A DNA stretch of 64,000 bases from Octopus vulgaris (taxonomy: Eukaryota): the NCBI GenBank assembly GCA_951406725.2, contig OX597840.1, positions 31,744,001 through 31,808,000 on the forward strand. The letters run 5' to 3'. How positions within the stretch are numbered: position 1 is the stretch's first letter; every line of letters starts with the position of its first letter. Under the pieces are notes generated by a model. That model did not search any database. It was not told the DNA's origin and was given only the letters and a program-made list of their open reading frames with translations. The position numbers and the translations under genes are program-made. Shown in pieces: positions 25,049 through 39,359 of the stretch.

Positions 25049-25182
25049 CACGGTTCCGAAACAAACTATCCTCTTCGCCCAATAGTAATAATGAGTTCCT
25101 TTAACCATTTTTAATATTTTCCGGAGTAATTTTTAGATGTAAGAGAAACATATGTTCATATGTGAGTCTGTATATGTAAGCG

Positions 25183-25873
25183 TGGAGGCGCAATGGCCCA
25201 GTGGTTAGGGCAGCGGACTCGCGGTCATAGGATCACGGTTTCGATTGCCAGACCGGGCGTTGTGAGTGTTTATTGAGCGAAAACACCTAAAGCTCCACTA
25301 GGCTCCGGCAGGGGATGGTGGTGATCCCTGCTGTACTCTTTCACCAGAACCTTCTCTCACGTTTACTTCCTGTTTCTTTTGTACCTGTATTTCAAGGGGC
25401 CGGCCTTGTCACTCTCTGTGTCACGCTGAATATCCCCGAGAACTACATTAAGGGTACACGTGTCTGTGGAGTGCTCAGCCACTTACGCGTTAATTTCACG
25501 AGCAGGCTGTTCCGTTGATTCGGATCAACCGGAACCCTCATCGTCGTAACCGACGGAGTGCTTCCATTCCATATTGAGCGAAAACACCTAAAGCTCCACT
25601 AGGCTCCGGCAGGGGATGGTGGTGATCCCTGCTGTACTCTTTCACCACAACTTTCTCTCACTCTTATTTCCTGTTTCTTTTGTACCTGTATTTCAAGGGG
25701 CCGGCCTTGTCACTCTCTGTGACACGCTGAATCTCCCCCCGAGAACTACGTTAAGGGTACACGTGTCTGTGGAGTGCTCAGCCACTTACACGTTAATTTC
25801 ACGAGCAGGCTGTTCCGTTGATTCGGATCAACCAGAACCCTCATCGTCGTAACCGACGGAGTGCTTCCATTCC
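25183..25873 (+). mobile_element. SINE A dimer
   Basis: Same junction as 555-1233; TSD ATATGTAAG. Confidence 0.9.
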
Positions 25874-25970
25874 ATATGTAAGTATATATGTATGTAGGTA
25901 GGTAGGTGGATAGATAGTGTATGTATGCATATATGCATGTATTTATGTATGCATATATCTATATATATGC

Positions 25971-26019
<49 letters not shown>

Positions 26020-26239
26020 TATATGAGCGTATATATACATACATATTTATATATCTGTATCAGCTGGCAAAAATAAGTAGTAGCTGTACATCAAATGGCC
26101 ATCCTGAGAAGTGCTCTTCACGTAATCTGTGGAGTGGTCAGCCAGGTGCCCGTTAATTTCACGAGTAAGCTGTTCCATTGATCGTATCAGCTGGGACCCT
26201 CATCGTCGTAACCGACGGAGTGCTCGTATATATATATAT

Positions 26240-26502
26240 ACGCAGGAGTGGCTGTGTGGTAAGTAGCTTGCTAACCAACCACATGTATGTGTGTGTGTTT
26301 GTCCCCCTAGCAGTGCTTGACAACCGATGCTGGTGTGTTTACGTCCCCGTCACCTAGCGGTTCGGCTTAAGAGACCGATGGAATAAGTACTGGGCTTACA
26401 AAGAATAAGTCCCGGGGTCGATTTGCTCGACTAAAGGTGGTGCTCCAGCATGGCCGCAGTCAAATGACTGAAACAAGTAAAAGAGTAAAAAGAGTAAAAG
26501 AG
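26240..26502 (+). mobile_element. SINE B with internal deletion, preceded by a SINE A tail fragment (about 26120-26225)
   Basis: B head jumps to the microsatellite and 3' half. Confidence 0.8.
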
Positions 26503-26544
<42 letters not shown>

Positions 26545-26546
<2 letters not shown>

Positions 26547-26799
26547 GAACAAAAACGCAATAGAGGACATTAAAATATTCGAAAAAATAGACGATACAAA
26601 GCCAGACAAGAGGAACAACAATTACAAAGACAGGAAAAACAAGTAAGGTCATTCGTGGCTCTCTTTCCTCAGTCAAGTTCCAGAAGTCACGACAATTTCG
26701 GACAGTTACACTTGAGTTATTGGTTCGATTTAGTTGCCCCCGAAAAAGTGTAAGCTAAGAGCATTAGACCCCTTTATAAGAAAGCTAGCAAATGGGTAC

Positions 26800-26802
<3 letters not shown>
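26545..26802 (-). mobile_element. Microsatellite-embedded repeat carrying a decayed reordered hammerhead-like motif
   Basis: Homologous to 56070-56225: CTCAAG...CCGAAATTG...CTTGACTGAGGA...CGAATGAC. Confidence 0.6.
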
Positions 26803-26870
<68 letters not shown>

Positions 26871-27006
26871 GAATGTATGTATGTATGTATGTATGTATGT
26901 ATGTATGTATGTATATATGCTTGTATAGCTAAAGGAATATATGCATATTAAAATATGTATTGTATGTATAAATGTATGCATGTATACAGATAGCTACATA
27001 CATATA

Positions 27007-27037
<31 letters not shown>

Positions 27038-27128
27038 GTATATCGATATATAGATATAGATATCATAACGGAAAGGTGGTATGTATATACATACACGCAG
27101 ATATTTATATACATAGATACATATATAC

Positions 27129-27184
<56 letters not shown>

Positions 27185-27587
27185 TATTGCATTATACACT
27201 CTCCTACACACACACACACGTGTATACATATATAAGCCAAAATGCTTTAAGATTTATTACAAATTGTTAGTGTAACAACATTGACTTCCTTTTATTAAAT
27301 ACCCTGACAAGAATCTATATAAACTACAGATCTATGTATATATGCATTAAAATTCTTTGATCTTTCTGCAACAATTAAATAGTGAAATTTCAAAACATCG
27401 GCAGACTTGTCACGTGGAGTAAAAGACTAAAATATACAAACGGGCATCGTGAGCGTATATACATATACACATACATAGATGCAGGCTTATACTGATACAT
27501 ACATATATACGTACATACATACATGCATGCATACATACATACATAAGTACGAACACATATGCATATATACGACGCAGATATATATAT

Positions 27588-27644
<57 letters not shown>

Positions 27645-27812
27645 AGTAAATATACTTTACACATACATACATGTATGCATGTATATATATGTACATATAT
27701 AAGTATATATATGTGTGTGTGTGTGTATAGATAGATGGATAGATAGATAGATACATATATGCATAAATACATATAGGTATATAAATATATATATATATAC
27801 ATATATATATAC

Positions 27813-27843
<31 letters not shown>

Positions 27844-27948
27844 TATGCATACATATATAAAAATACCCACATATACATACAGATATGTATGTATGTATAT
27901 ACATCGGTAGATAGATAGATAGATAGATCGATAGATAGACAGACAGAC

Positions 27949-28017
<69 letters not shown>

Positions 28018-28096
28018 CACACACAGATAGGTACATATAAACTTGATAAATGAATTTTTAGAAGATTCAGAATATAAAAGTTAAGAAAAATACACG

Positions 28097-28168
<72 letters not shown>

Positions 28169-28217
28169 CAAAAGCTATCAACTCTTAGACTTTGTACTTT
28201 GAATTGTGTATACTCTC

Positions 28218-28479
28218 TCTCTCTTTTACTTGTTTCAGTCATGTGACTGTGGCCATGCTGGAGCACCGCCTTTAGTCGAGCAAATCGACCCTGGGACATA
28301 TTCTTTGTAAGCCTAGTACTTATTCTCTTGAGCAAATCGACGCCAGGACTTATTCTTTGTAAGCCTAGTATTTATTCTCTCGGTCTCTTTTGCCGAACCG
28401 CTAAGTGACGGGGACGTAAACACACCAGCATCGGTTGTCAAGCAATGCTAGGGGGACAAACACAGACACACAATCATAT

Positions 28480-28530
<51 letters not shown>

Positions 28531-28692
28531 AATACGACAGGCTTCTTTCAGTTTCCGTCTACCAAATCTACTCACAAGGCTTTGGTCGGCCCGAGGCTAT
28601 AGCAGAAGACACTTGCCCAAGGTGCCACGCAGTGGGACTGAACCCGGAACCATGTGTTTGGTAAGCAAGCTACTTACCACACAGCCACTCCT
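28218..28692 (-). mobile_element. SINE B full length with small internal duplication
   Basis: Reverse complement of B. Confidence 0.9.
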
Positions 28693-28754
28693 ACGCTCAT
28701 CCACTCTACTTTTGTGCTATCTTTAAATTCAATCGCATATGCATAGACATATTC

Positions 28755-28979
28755 ACTCTTTTATTTGTTTCAGTCATTTGACTGCGGCCATGCTGCAGCA
28801 CCGCCTTTAGTCGAGCAAATCGACGCCGGGACTTATTCTTTGTAAGCCTATTACTTATTCTATCGGTCCCTTTTTCCGAACCGCTAAGTTACGGGGATGT
28901 AAACACACCAGCATCGGTGGTCAAGCGATGTTGGGGGAACAACACAGACACACAAACACACACACACATACATGCATAC

Positions 28980-29065
<86 letters not shown>

Positions 29066-29080
29066 TTGTATATGTATGTA

Positions 29081-29138
<58 letters not shown>

Positions 29139-29281
29139 TACGACGGGCTTCTTTCAGTTTCCGTCTACTAAATCCACTCACAAGCTGTGGTGGGCCCGAG
29201 ACTATAATAGAAGACACTTGCCCAAATTGCCACGCTGTGGGACTGAACCCGAAACAATGTGGTTCGTAAGCAGCCACTCCT
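28755..29281 (-). mobile_element. SINE B
   Basis: Reverse complement of B with expanded internal microsatellite. Confidence 0.85.
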
Positions 29282-29370
29282 ATAATATATGTGTGTGTGT
29301 GTGTGTGTATAACATGTGACAATTAGTTGATTGTCAATATATGTATATACATATATAAATATATATATAC

Positions 29371-29439
<69 letters not shown>

Positions 29440-29442
29440 TAT

Positions 29443-29606
29443 AGGCGCAGGAGTGGCTGTGTGGTAAGTAGCTTGCTAACCAACCACATGGTTCCAGGTT
29501 CAGTCCCACTGCGTGGCACCTTGGGCAAGTGTCTACTGCTACAGCCCCGGGCAGACCAATGCCTTGTGAGTGGATTTGGTAGACGGAAACTGAAAGAAGC
29601 CTGTCG

Positions 29607-29657
<51 letters not shown>

Positions 29658-29672
29658 TTGTGTGTGTGTTTG
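29443..29672 (+). mobile_element. SINE B 5' half
   Basis: Head through microsatellite. Confidence 0.85.
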
Positions 29673-29759
29673 TGACTGATGAAGAGGCGGGTGGAAAGAA
29701 GGGAATGCGGTGGGGTGCTGAATCAGTTTTAATAAACAAAGCTGTACAGACTGAAGTAA

Positions 29760-30790
29760 GAAAACAACGTAGAAACCTTGTGACAGTATGACTTGACCAT
29801 ATGAGGGCATTCGACTCGATCCCTCATTCATGGCTTTTGAAGGGCCCACATCTGGCGAATGTACCTACTACCTTAATTGATGCTATAGAGAGACTCACAA
29901 AGACATGGACAGCAATTCTTACCCTTACAACTAAGAACAGAATAATTGTTTCTGATAGTATAAGCATTTCAAAGGGAATATTCTAAGGAGATAGTCTTTC
30001 TGTATTTCTTTTTATTTTGACACTGAATCCATTATCGTTTCTATTGCAGAAAACAAATGTCCCCGTCACTTAGTGGTTCGGCAAAAAGTGACCGATAGAC
30101 TAAGTACTGGGCTTCCAAACAATAAGTCCCGGGGTCGATTTGCTCGACTAAAGGCGGTGCTCCAGCATGGCCACAGTCAAATGACTGAAACAAGTAAAAG
30201 AGTATATATAAATATATACTCACACACACAACAGTCTTTCATGCAGTTTCCATCCATCAAATCCACTCACAAGGCTTTGGTCAACCTAGGGCTATAGAAG
30301 ACATTTGCCCAGGTTGCTGCGCAGTGGGATTGAACTGCAAACCACTTGGTTGCAAAGCGTGCTTCGTGATGGCACAGCCATGCCTCCACCTATGTTGTTT
30401 TGGAACAATGAAATGAAGTCAGGTGAGGCAGAACCAACATACCAACATCCACAGTCAATCATGGATGCAAAGAGGTGGTAATTACATGCTAGGATCTTCA
30501 ACTGCTAGAAACATCAATGTGATTCATAATTTCTTTGTAGACGACCTAAAGATTTATGCTAAAAGTGTTAACAATGCCAAAAATAAACTGGAATTAATAA
30601 CAGCATTTTTAGCTGATATAGGCATGGAATTTGGCCAAAAGAAATGTTCATATTTAGTTATAGAACGAGGAAAGTTCCCCAAACCCAAAACCTGTGCATC
30701 AAAGGTCTCTCTATCTCCCCCTACAAGTACCTAGGTAGAGACGAAAACGTATTATATGGAAGCACAGTGAATAAAGAGTAACCCGAGAAT
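29760..30790 (+). pseudogene. R4/Dong-like (RLE-type) LINE reverse transcriptase fragment interrupted by SINE B pieces (30058-30385)
   Basis: AFDSIPHSWL...KGIF*GDSLS..FILTLNPLS; HNFFVDDLKIYA...DIGMEFGQKKC; YKYLG. Confidence 0.8.
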
Positions 30791-31975
30791 ACATTTATAC
30801 AGCTCATACGGAAGACCATCAATTCCCGGTGACTTACCCGCTTTACAATCGGCCAGTCTCCAACACCACCACAGGTGTGATCGGCCCTTCGCAAGACTCC
30901 GCATCCGACCTCGAGAGGCATGGCAGCTCGGCAAGAAAGTCCTCGGGGACTTCCCCACCATCAGGACCACCATCACCCCCGAACAGCTGAGTGAAGTACT
31001 CCCGAAAGGCCTCACATATTTCCTCGGGTTCGTTTACCAAGCCACCATTTTCATTTGTCAAAGACCGAATAGTGGAACTATTTCCTTGTCGAGCCTCCAC
31101 CACTCGGGCCCATCCAGCGGCCTTGATTCCTTCACTTCCCGTTGTGTGGTTTAACTCCAGTCTCTTCACCTTCACTTGGTCCGCATTACCAGTCCTCCAG
31201 GCTTTCTCTTCTAGTTCCTTAACTAGACCATCTCTTATTCTACGTCCCTTCTTAGCTAAACTTATGCTAAACCTAATAGACTCGTATTTTATGGATCTTT
31301 TTAGGGCGTACCACCATTTGATATTAATGATGGTACCTGTCAATGCCCTCTCTATCAACATCTCGATCCGCTTCCTGCACTCCTCAATCGCCAAAAGGGA
31401 CGTATTGAGTTTCCAGTAGCCAGATCCCTGTCTACGCAACTTATCTACTGTCAGTTTACAGGTAACCATCTTGTGATCACTCTAGCTGACTAGATAAAAC
31501 TGTGGACACTTAGATATGGACTTATCTGTTTTTTCTAATTAAAACCCTATCTAGATATGTTCTGGAGGATCCGTCACTATTTGACCACGTCCTATAAGGA
31601 TCTGCCAGCTGAAAGTGACTTAGCAGATCCCGTAAGCCAGAGTTATATTTTCTATTCATGTTCGAGCCAACACAATCTCTGTGTGCGTCACAGATTGTGT
31701 TAAAGCCTGCTGTCAGTACTAGCGAATGTGACGTGGCCAGGAACTTGCCCAGGTCAGGAAAATATTCACCTTGCGGGCCCATAACGTTGGGTGCATAAAT
31801 TGCAACCAGCCTGATTATCTTGCTACAAATGTCAGGTCGAGAACGACCAACCTGCTTTCTGGATCAGGAAAACCAAATTTTTTTCGACTATTCGACAGTA
31901 AAAGAGAGAATAACATATGCTATCTTCACCAAGACCAGACCGCTTACCCTGTCTCTTTCATAAGCTGTCTCCTCG
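30790..31975 (-). pseudogene. Tx1/L1-like LINE ORF2 fragment (APE endonuclease end to RT start), frameshifted
   Basis: RTYLDRVL, GSGYWKLNTSLL, KSPGIDGLPYELYK motifs. Confidence 0.85.
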
Positions 31976-32169
31976 AGTGTTCAGAATAATTTTTCCATAA
32001 CAGCCCTCATCGTTTGTTTTACTGTGTTATTCTCTTTTTTCTGTCTTTTGCTGTTTTTACTTTTATTGTTTTTACTGTATTGTTTTGTTCTTACTTTCCT
32101 GTTCTTGTTACCACTTTTACGCCGCCGAAAGAAATCCCAAATTTTATTTAATTTGCTTTGCGGGAAGGA

Positions 32170-32245
32170 CTGTTTCAACGAAGTCGCGTCTTGTCCTTAC
32201 CTTCGAAACGCGGAGTAGACGAAACAGGGACAACTGAAGAAGGGG
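32170..32245 (+). ncRNA. Candidate hammerhead-like ribozyme with non-canonical (pseudoknotted) strand order
   Basis: TCGCG-TC|TTGTCC..CCTTC-GAAA-CGCGG...GGACAA-CTGAAGA-AGGGG; 6-bp stem III, 6-8-bp stem I, extra helix CTGTTTC/GAAACAG. Confidence 0.5.
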
Positions 32246-32504
32246 AATATTCCTTGTGTTGTATGTCTTGTTTCTCTGTTTGTTCGTTGTTTGAAAAAAG
32301 TTCGTTTCTATGATTTTGTTTTTATGTTTTTGTTTCTGATTGTGTTCAACGTTAATTTGATGTCCTGTACCCATATATGCATGTGTATATACATATAGAT
32401 GTAGGTTTGTACATATATGTATGTATATATGCATATATTTATATATTATTTATAATATTGATCGAACGCCACGCATCCTTCTCCAAGTATATATAAATAT
32501 ATAT

Positions 32505-32574
<70 letters not shown>

Positions 32575-32577
<3 letters not shown>

Positions 32578-32990
32578 TGGCTGTGTAGCAAGAAGCGTGC
32601 CTCTCTGCCACATGGTTCTGGGTTCAGTTTCACTGCATGGCACCTTTGGCAAGTATCTATAGCATCAGGCCAACCAAAGTCTTCTGAGTGGCCTTAGTAG
32701 ATAGAAACTGAAAGAAGCCTCTCCTGTGTATGTGTGTGTGTGTGTGTATGTGTGTGTGTGTGTGTGTATGTGTGTGTGTGTGTGTATGTGTGTGTATGTG
32801 TGTGTTGTGTCTGTATTTGTCCCCTACCATCATAATTGCGTTGGCGTCCTCGTAACTTAGCGGTTCGGCAAAAAGAGAACCAAGTGAATAAGTCCCAGGT
32901 CGATTCATTCAATTAAAAAAAAAAATTCCTCCCCAAGGCGGTGCCCCAGCATGGCCGCAGTCTCATTACTGTAACAAGTAAAACATGTAA
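32575..32990 (+). mobile_element. SINE B, older diverged subfamily
   Basis: Recognisable head, middle and tail. Confidence 0.75.
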
Positions 32991-33465
32991 AACAGACAAA
33001 AAAAAAAGGAAAGAAAAAGAACGAAAAGAAAAAGAAAAAAAAAAGAAAAAAGCAAAGCAAAGCAAAACTGTCCGTGTAAACGAAAGACTGTTGTGACCAT
33101 TGCGGACAGATTCCGATATATTCTGCCAGACATAGAAAGGTCTATAAAAGAAATAAGCAAATAAAGTAAAATGGAAATGGTAAGTGGAATGAAATCCAAG
33201 ACACGGTGGGCGTCTGCGTGGGAGGAAATCGCAGAATATTTTTATGTCATCGCTGTAACCTTTTTGGACGGAAAGAGATAAGACCAAGACTTGTTTCTCG
33301 ATGCCAACGCACACGCAGCACGCACCACGCACGTACGCACACACACAACACACACACAAACATATACATACACGTACGCACACGCATATACATATACATA
33401 TACATATATGCATATATATATACATATATATATACATATATATATATTTATATATATATATATAT

Positions 33466-33542
<77 letters not shown>

Positions 33543-33543
33543 C

Positions 33544-33622
<79 letters not shown>

Positions 33623-34032
33623 GCATATATATGCATGTGTGTATGTATATATATATATGTATATATATATGCATATATATATATATATATGTCTGTGTGT
33701 GTGTGTGTGTGCACACACACACAGATTCACACACGCACATGCCCAGACGTACGTAGTCGGCTGCAACAACCGCAATAACAACTATACCTGTGAGCAAACA
33801 CGGGTCGGCGCCCTCCCGATGATATGGCCATATCATGTGCGTATACACATGTGTACGCGTGTGTGTATATGTGTGTGTGTGTGTACATATGATACATATG
33901 CGCATATGCATGAGCATGTATATGTGTATGTGCAGACAAATGTGTGTAAGCCTGTGTATGTAATAGTATATATGCGTATATTACACACGTCTACCAAACA
34001 TATATATGCATTTATGCACACACACACACACA

Positions 34033-34064
<32 letters not shown>

Positions 34065-34287
34065 CGCGCATGCACACACACAAACACACATTTGTGTGTA
34101 TGTATACATATATGTATGCTTATATATATACTTATATATATACATATATGTATATATATATATACATATATATATATGCAATTGTACATATGTACGTATA
34201 TGTGTATATATATACGCACATATGCATATATATATATGTATGTATATGTTTATATATATATATATATAAACGTATATATATATATAT

Positions 34288-34337
<50 letters not shown>

Positions 34338-34396
34338 GCCACAGACATATATCTCTCACACACACATATATGATACACACACACGCCCGCAAACAC

Positions 34397-34456
<60 letters not shown>

Positions 34457-34589
34457 CACACAGACATCTCACCCATTCCTTTGAACATAGAAACTAATCT
34501 ATGTATTTCACAAATGAAATTCACTCTGTCACGGCCGCCATTAATATATTCGAACCTTTTCCACAATTGGATAATCCATAACAGAACTT

Positions 34590-35984
34590 TTCTTCTTCTT
34601 CTCTTTCTTCTTCTCATTCTTCTTCTTCTTCTTCTTCTTCTTCTTCTTCTTCTTCTTTTTCTTCTTCTTCTTCTTCTTCTTCTTCTTCCACTTCTCTTTC
34701 TTTCTTTATTTCTTTCCTTCCTCACACATCCTTCTTTCTTTCTTTCTTTCCTTCCTTCCGTCCGTCCCTCCTTCCTTCCTCACACTCTTTCTTGTTTTTA
34801 CTGTCTCGGCATCTTTTCCGCTTTTCTTTCATTCCTTCCTTCCTTTCTTCCCCGCACTCATTCATTTTTTCTGTCTCGGCATCTTTCTCTCTTTTCTTTC
34901 CTTCTTTCCTTCTTTCCTTCTTTTCTTCCTTCCTCACACTTCTTTGTTTCTTCTCTGTATCTGTTCCTCTTTTTCCTTCCTACCTTCCTTCCTTCCTTTC
35001 TTCCTTCCTCACACATCCTTCTTTCTTTCTTTCCTTCCGTCCTCCGTCCTTCCTTCCTCACACTCTTTCTTTTTTTCTGTCTCGGCATCTTTTCCGCTTT
35101 TCTTTCCTTCCTTCCTTCCTTTCTTCCCCGCACTCCTTCTATCCTCCTGTCTCTGCATCTTTTCCTTTTTTCTCTCATTCTTTCCTTCTTTTCTTCCTTC
35201 CTCACACTTCTTTCTTTCTTCTCTGTATCTGTTCCTCTTTTTCCTTCCTACTTTCCTTCTTTCCTTTCTTCCTTCCTCACACATCCTTCTTTCTTTCTTT
35301 CCTTCCTTCCTTCCGTCCTTCCTTCCTTCCTCACACTCCTTCTTTTTTTTCTGTCTCGGCATCTTTTCCTCTTTTCTTTCCTTCTTTCCTTCTTTTCTTC
35401 TTTTCTTCTTTCTGTCTCTGTATCTGTCCCTCTTTTTCCTTCCTTTCATTCATTCTTTCTTTCTTTCTTTGTTTCTTCTTTCCTCACACTCCTCTCCAGC
35501 CACTGTATCTATTCCTTTTGTATTTCCTTCCTTCTTTCCTTCCTTCCTTTATTTCTTATTCATTTCTCTTTCTTTCACCCTTTCTACTGTTTTACTTCAT
35601 TTCTTTCCTCATTCTGCTCTTCTTTCTTTTTATTGTCTTTCCTTCTTCGTTTCTTTCTTCCATTCATTCTCTCTTCTTTCCTTTCTTTCACAGTTATATT
35701 TGTATTTTCATTCTTTCTATCTCCCTTCTTCCCTCACACTCTTTCGTCCTGTTTCTACATCTTTTCTTTCTTTCACTCTCTTTCTTTCTCTTTAAGTTTC
35801 ATTCTTTCTATCTTCTTTTCTTCCTTACACTCATTCTTTCCTTCTGGCACTCTGTTTCTTCTTCTGACACTCTTTTTCTTCTTTCGTCATTTCTTATTCG
35901 TTCCTGTCTTTCTTTCTTTCATTCCTTCTTTCTTTCTTATTCTTCTTCCTTTCATTCCTTCTTCCCTCCTTTCTAACAGTTTTC

Positions 35985-36068
<84 letters not shown>

Positions 36069-36500
36069 CTCTCTCTCTCTCTCTCTCTTCAGTTCTTTCC
36101 TTCATTCATTCATATTTTCGTTCGTTTCTTCTTTTTCGCATTTCTCTTTCAATCTTTCTTCGTTTCTTTCTTTCAATCTTTTTTCCAACTTTTCTTAATT
36201 TCTCTCTCCTCTTTCTTTCATTCACTCCTTACTTTCCTTCTTCCTTTTCTTCTCCCCCTCCTCCATTTTCTTATCACTTCAATCTCTGCATTATTCTCTC
36301 CTGCTCTCCCTTTCTCTCTCTTTCTCTCGCTCTTTCTCTTTCTCTTTCTCACACACTCTCTCTGTCTCTCATATCTTTCATTCACTCTCTCCTTTCATTC
36401 GCTCTCTTCGTTCTCACTCTCTCTCGTTCATTCCCGCCCTCTCTTTACCTTCGCCTCTATAACACTCTCTCCATTCTCCCCACTTTTTCTCTCTCTACAT
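34590..36500. repeat. Polypyrimidine low-complexity tract with degenerate tandem units
   Basis: (CTT)n, (CT)n and recurring CTGTCTCGGCATCTTTTC / CCTCACAC units. Confidence 0.9.
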
Positions 36501-36569
36501 ACGTATGTATATGTGTATATACATATATGTATATATGTATGTATATAATATAATATATATGTATATGTG

Positions 36570-36609
<40 letters not shown>

Positions 36610-36880
36610 TATAGATATAAATTTATATATGCGTGTATATATATATATTTGCACATATATGCATATATATATACGTATATGTGTGTATATATATATTTAC
36701 ATATATGTATATATGCACACACAAACATAATTACACACATGCACATAGATATATATGCATATGCATGTATGCATAATTATATGTACATATATATGCATGT
36801 AGTATATGTATATAGATATATTTATTTATATATATATATATATATGCATATATATATGTATATATATATATATGTATATA

Positions 36881-36943
<63 letters not shown>

Positions 36944-37364
36944 ATATATATATATATATCGATCTGCTAATTTATCTGATTGGTTCTGTTTTATAGTATT
37001 TTGCTTTCTTTCCATTTCACATGTCATTCAGCAACTTGGTTTGTGTGATTTGTTACTTTTGTTTTGTGTTTTGTGTGTGTTTTTTTCTTGTTTGTTTGTT
37101 TTTTTGTTATTTTATTTATTTTATTTTTATTATTTTCTTCTTCTGTCTAAAACACCCACAACCAAAACACTCGTCTCCCCCTCCCCTCCGTGCCCATCCC
37201 CACTGCTGCCATCATCATCATCCATCCACGCCCACCCCCCATCGACACCATCGCCACAACCACAACCACCTGCTACCATCAACATCGCTATTATTATTAT
37301 TATTATTACCATCATGGCCGACACCTAAAAAAAGATTGCATCCACATCACCAACAACAAAACTA

Positions 37365-38670
37365 ACTCCATCACCATCATCATCATCATTGTCATCATCG
37401 TCATCATCATCATCATTGTCATCATCGTCATCATCAACATCATCATCGTCATCATCATCATCATCATCAACATTATCATCATCGTCGTCGTCGTCATCTT
37501 CATCATCATCATCATCATCATCGTCGTCGTCGTCATCATCGTTATGAACCTTATCTTCATAGTCACTGTCAACATCATCATCATCATCATCGCCGTTGTG
37601 TTCGTCGTCATCATCATCGTCATCATCATCGTCATCATCATCATCATCATCATTGTCATCATCATCATAATTATCATCGTCATCATTATCATCATCGTTA
37701 TCCTCATCATCATCGTCGTCATCATCATCATCATCATCATCATCATCGTTTTCATCATCAACATCATCATCGTCGTCGTCATCATCATCGTCATCATCAT
37801 CATCATCATCATCATCACCATCATCATCATTATCATCGTTATCACCGTCATCATCATCGTCGTCATCATCATCATCACCAGCATCACCACAAGCCCTACC
37901 ATCATTACTGCCACCATCACCACCTCTGCCGTCGCCACTAACACCACCACCACCATTACCACCATCACCATCACCACCACCACCACCACCACCACCATTA
38001 CCACTACCACCATCATCACCACCACAACCACCACCACCATTATCACCACCACCATCACCACCAACACCAGCACCACCATTACCACCACCACCATCACCAC
38101 CACCACCATTACCACTACCACCATCATCACCACCACCACCACCACCACCATTACCACCACCACCACCACCACCACCATTACCACTACCACCATCATCACC
38201 ACCACCACCACCACCACCATTATCACCACCACCATCACCACCAACACCAGCACCACCATTACCACCACCACCATCACCACCACCACCACCACCACCATTA
38301 CCACCACCACCACCACCATCACCACTACCACCACCACCACCATTACCACCACCACCATCACCACCACCACCACCACCACCACCACCACCACCACCACTAT
38401 CACCACCACCACCACCACCACCACCACCACTATCACCACCACCATCACCACCACCACCACCACCACCACCACCACCACCACCATCACCACCACCACCACC
38501 ACCACCACCACCATCACCACCACCACCACTACCACCACCAACACCACCATTACCACCACCACCATCACCACCACCACCAACACCACCACCACCACAACCA
38601 ACGCAACCACCACCACCACCACCACCACCATCACCACCACCACCACCTCCACCATTACCACTACTGCTAC
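37365..38670. repeat. (CAT)n grading into (CAC)n trinucleotide tract
   Basis: Direct reading. Confidence 0.95.
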
Positions 38671-38984
38671 AACGCCCCCACCAGTATATAATTTCATTAT
38701 AGAGGTCCTCAACCTCTTTAGTAATGTAAATCTTGAGAGCACAGGTCCACGGAAATAACTATGTGTAGGAGGACAATGCGTTGTCAGCGGAGAGAGTCAT
38801 GGATGGAAACATGGCTACCGAAGCCATGAATAATATCATTATAGAAATCTTCAAATCCGTTCGTAATTTCACTCAGGGGGCACGAGTCGATGTGTAGAAG
38901 GACGTAGTTTCATAAAATATGTCCCCCACTTTCTTTAGGGACACTAGCGCCATGAGAAAGGACCCGTTTATTATTATCGTTATT

Positions 38985-39330
38985 GGGTGAGAGAGAGCAG
39001 TGCATGACATCAAAGTGATACTGGGATAGAAATATACGAAGCCCAATGTACCCGTCATGACTACCCGTCTGATAAGGGTACACTAGACACATGCATCGCA
39101 ACCATATGTGGGCGACATCGAGATATCATATCAAAATGAACAGCGCATGACCTTGCTGGTGGGAGACAAATTAGAATTTTGTCCAGGTCGAGTAGCGCAT
39201 CCTGTTCAAAAGGTCCCTGAATAAGGGTTGTTTAAGGATGTTGAACGAAACACCCATGTTTCTAGAGATCAATAATCCAAACCCCAAAGAATTCCTCTCG
39301 ATGCTCCCCTACTACTTCTGCTCGCGATCA
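38985..39330. mobile_element. Interspersed repeat family D (also 39991-40128 and, inverted, 43741-44265)
   Basis: GAGAGAGCAG...AATATAC..AAGCCCA..GTACCC..TCATGACTACCC.TCTGATAAGGGTACAC shared by the copies, always next to (TAA)n-type tracts. Confidence 0.7.
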
Positions 39331-39359
39331 TTATTATTATTATTATTATTATTATTACT

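Noticed and set aside
29670-29705. CTGATGA...GAAA motif
   Set aside because: No supporting stems.
34070-36553. 827-aa ORF and the many [12 protein letters not shown] ORFs
   Set aside because: Microsatellite and polypyrimidine read-through with no protein signal.
37190-38758. Poly-Ile/Thr mucin-like ORF
   Set aside because: (CAT)n/(CAC)n tract open on both strands; no domain or splice support.
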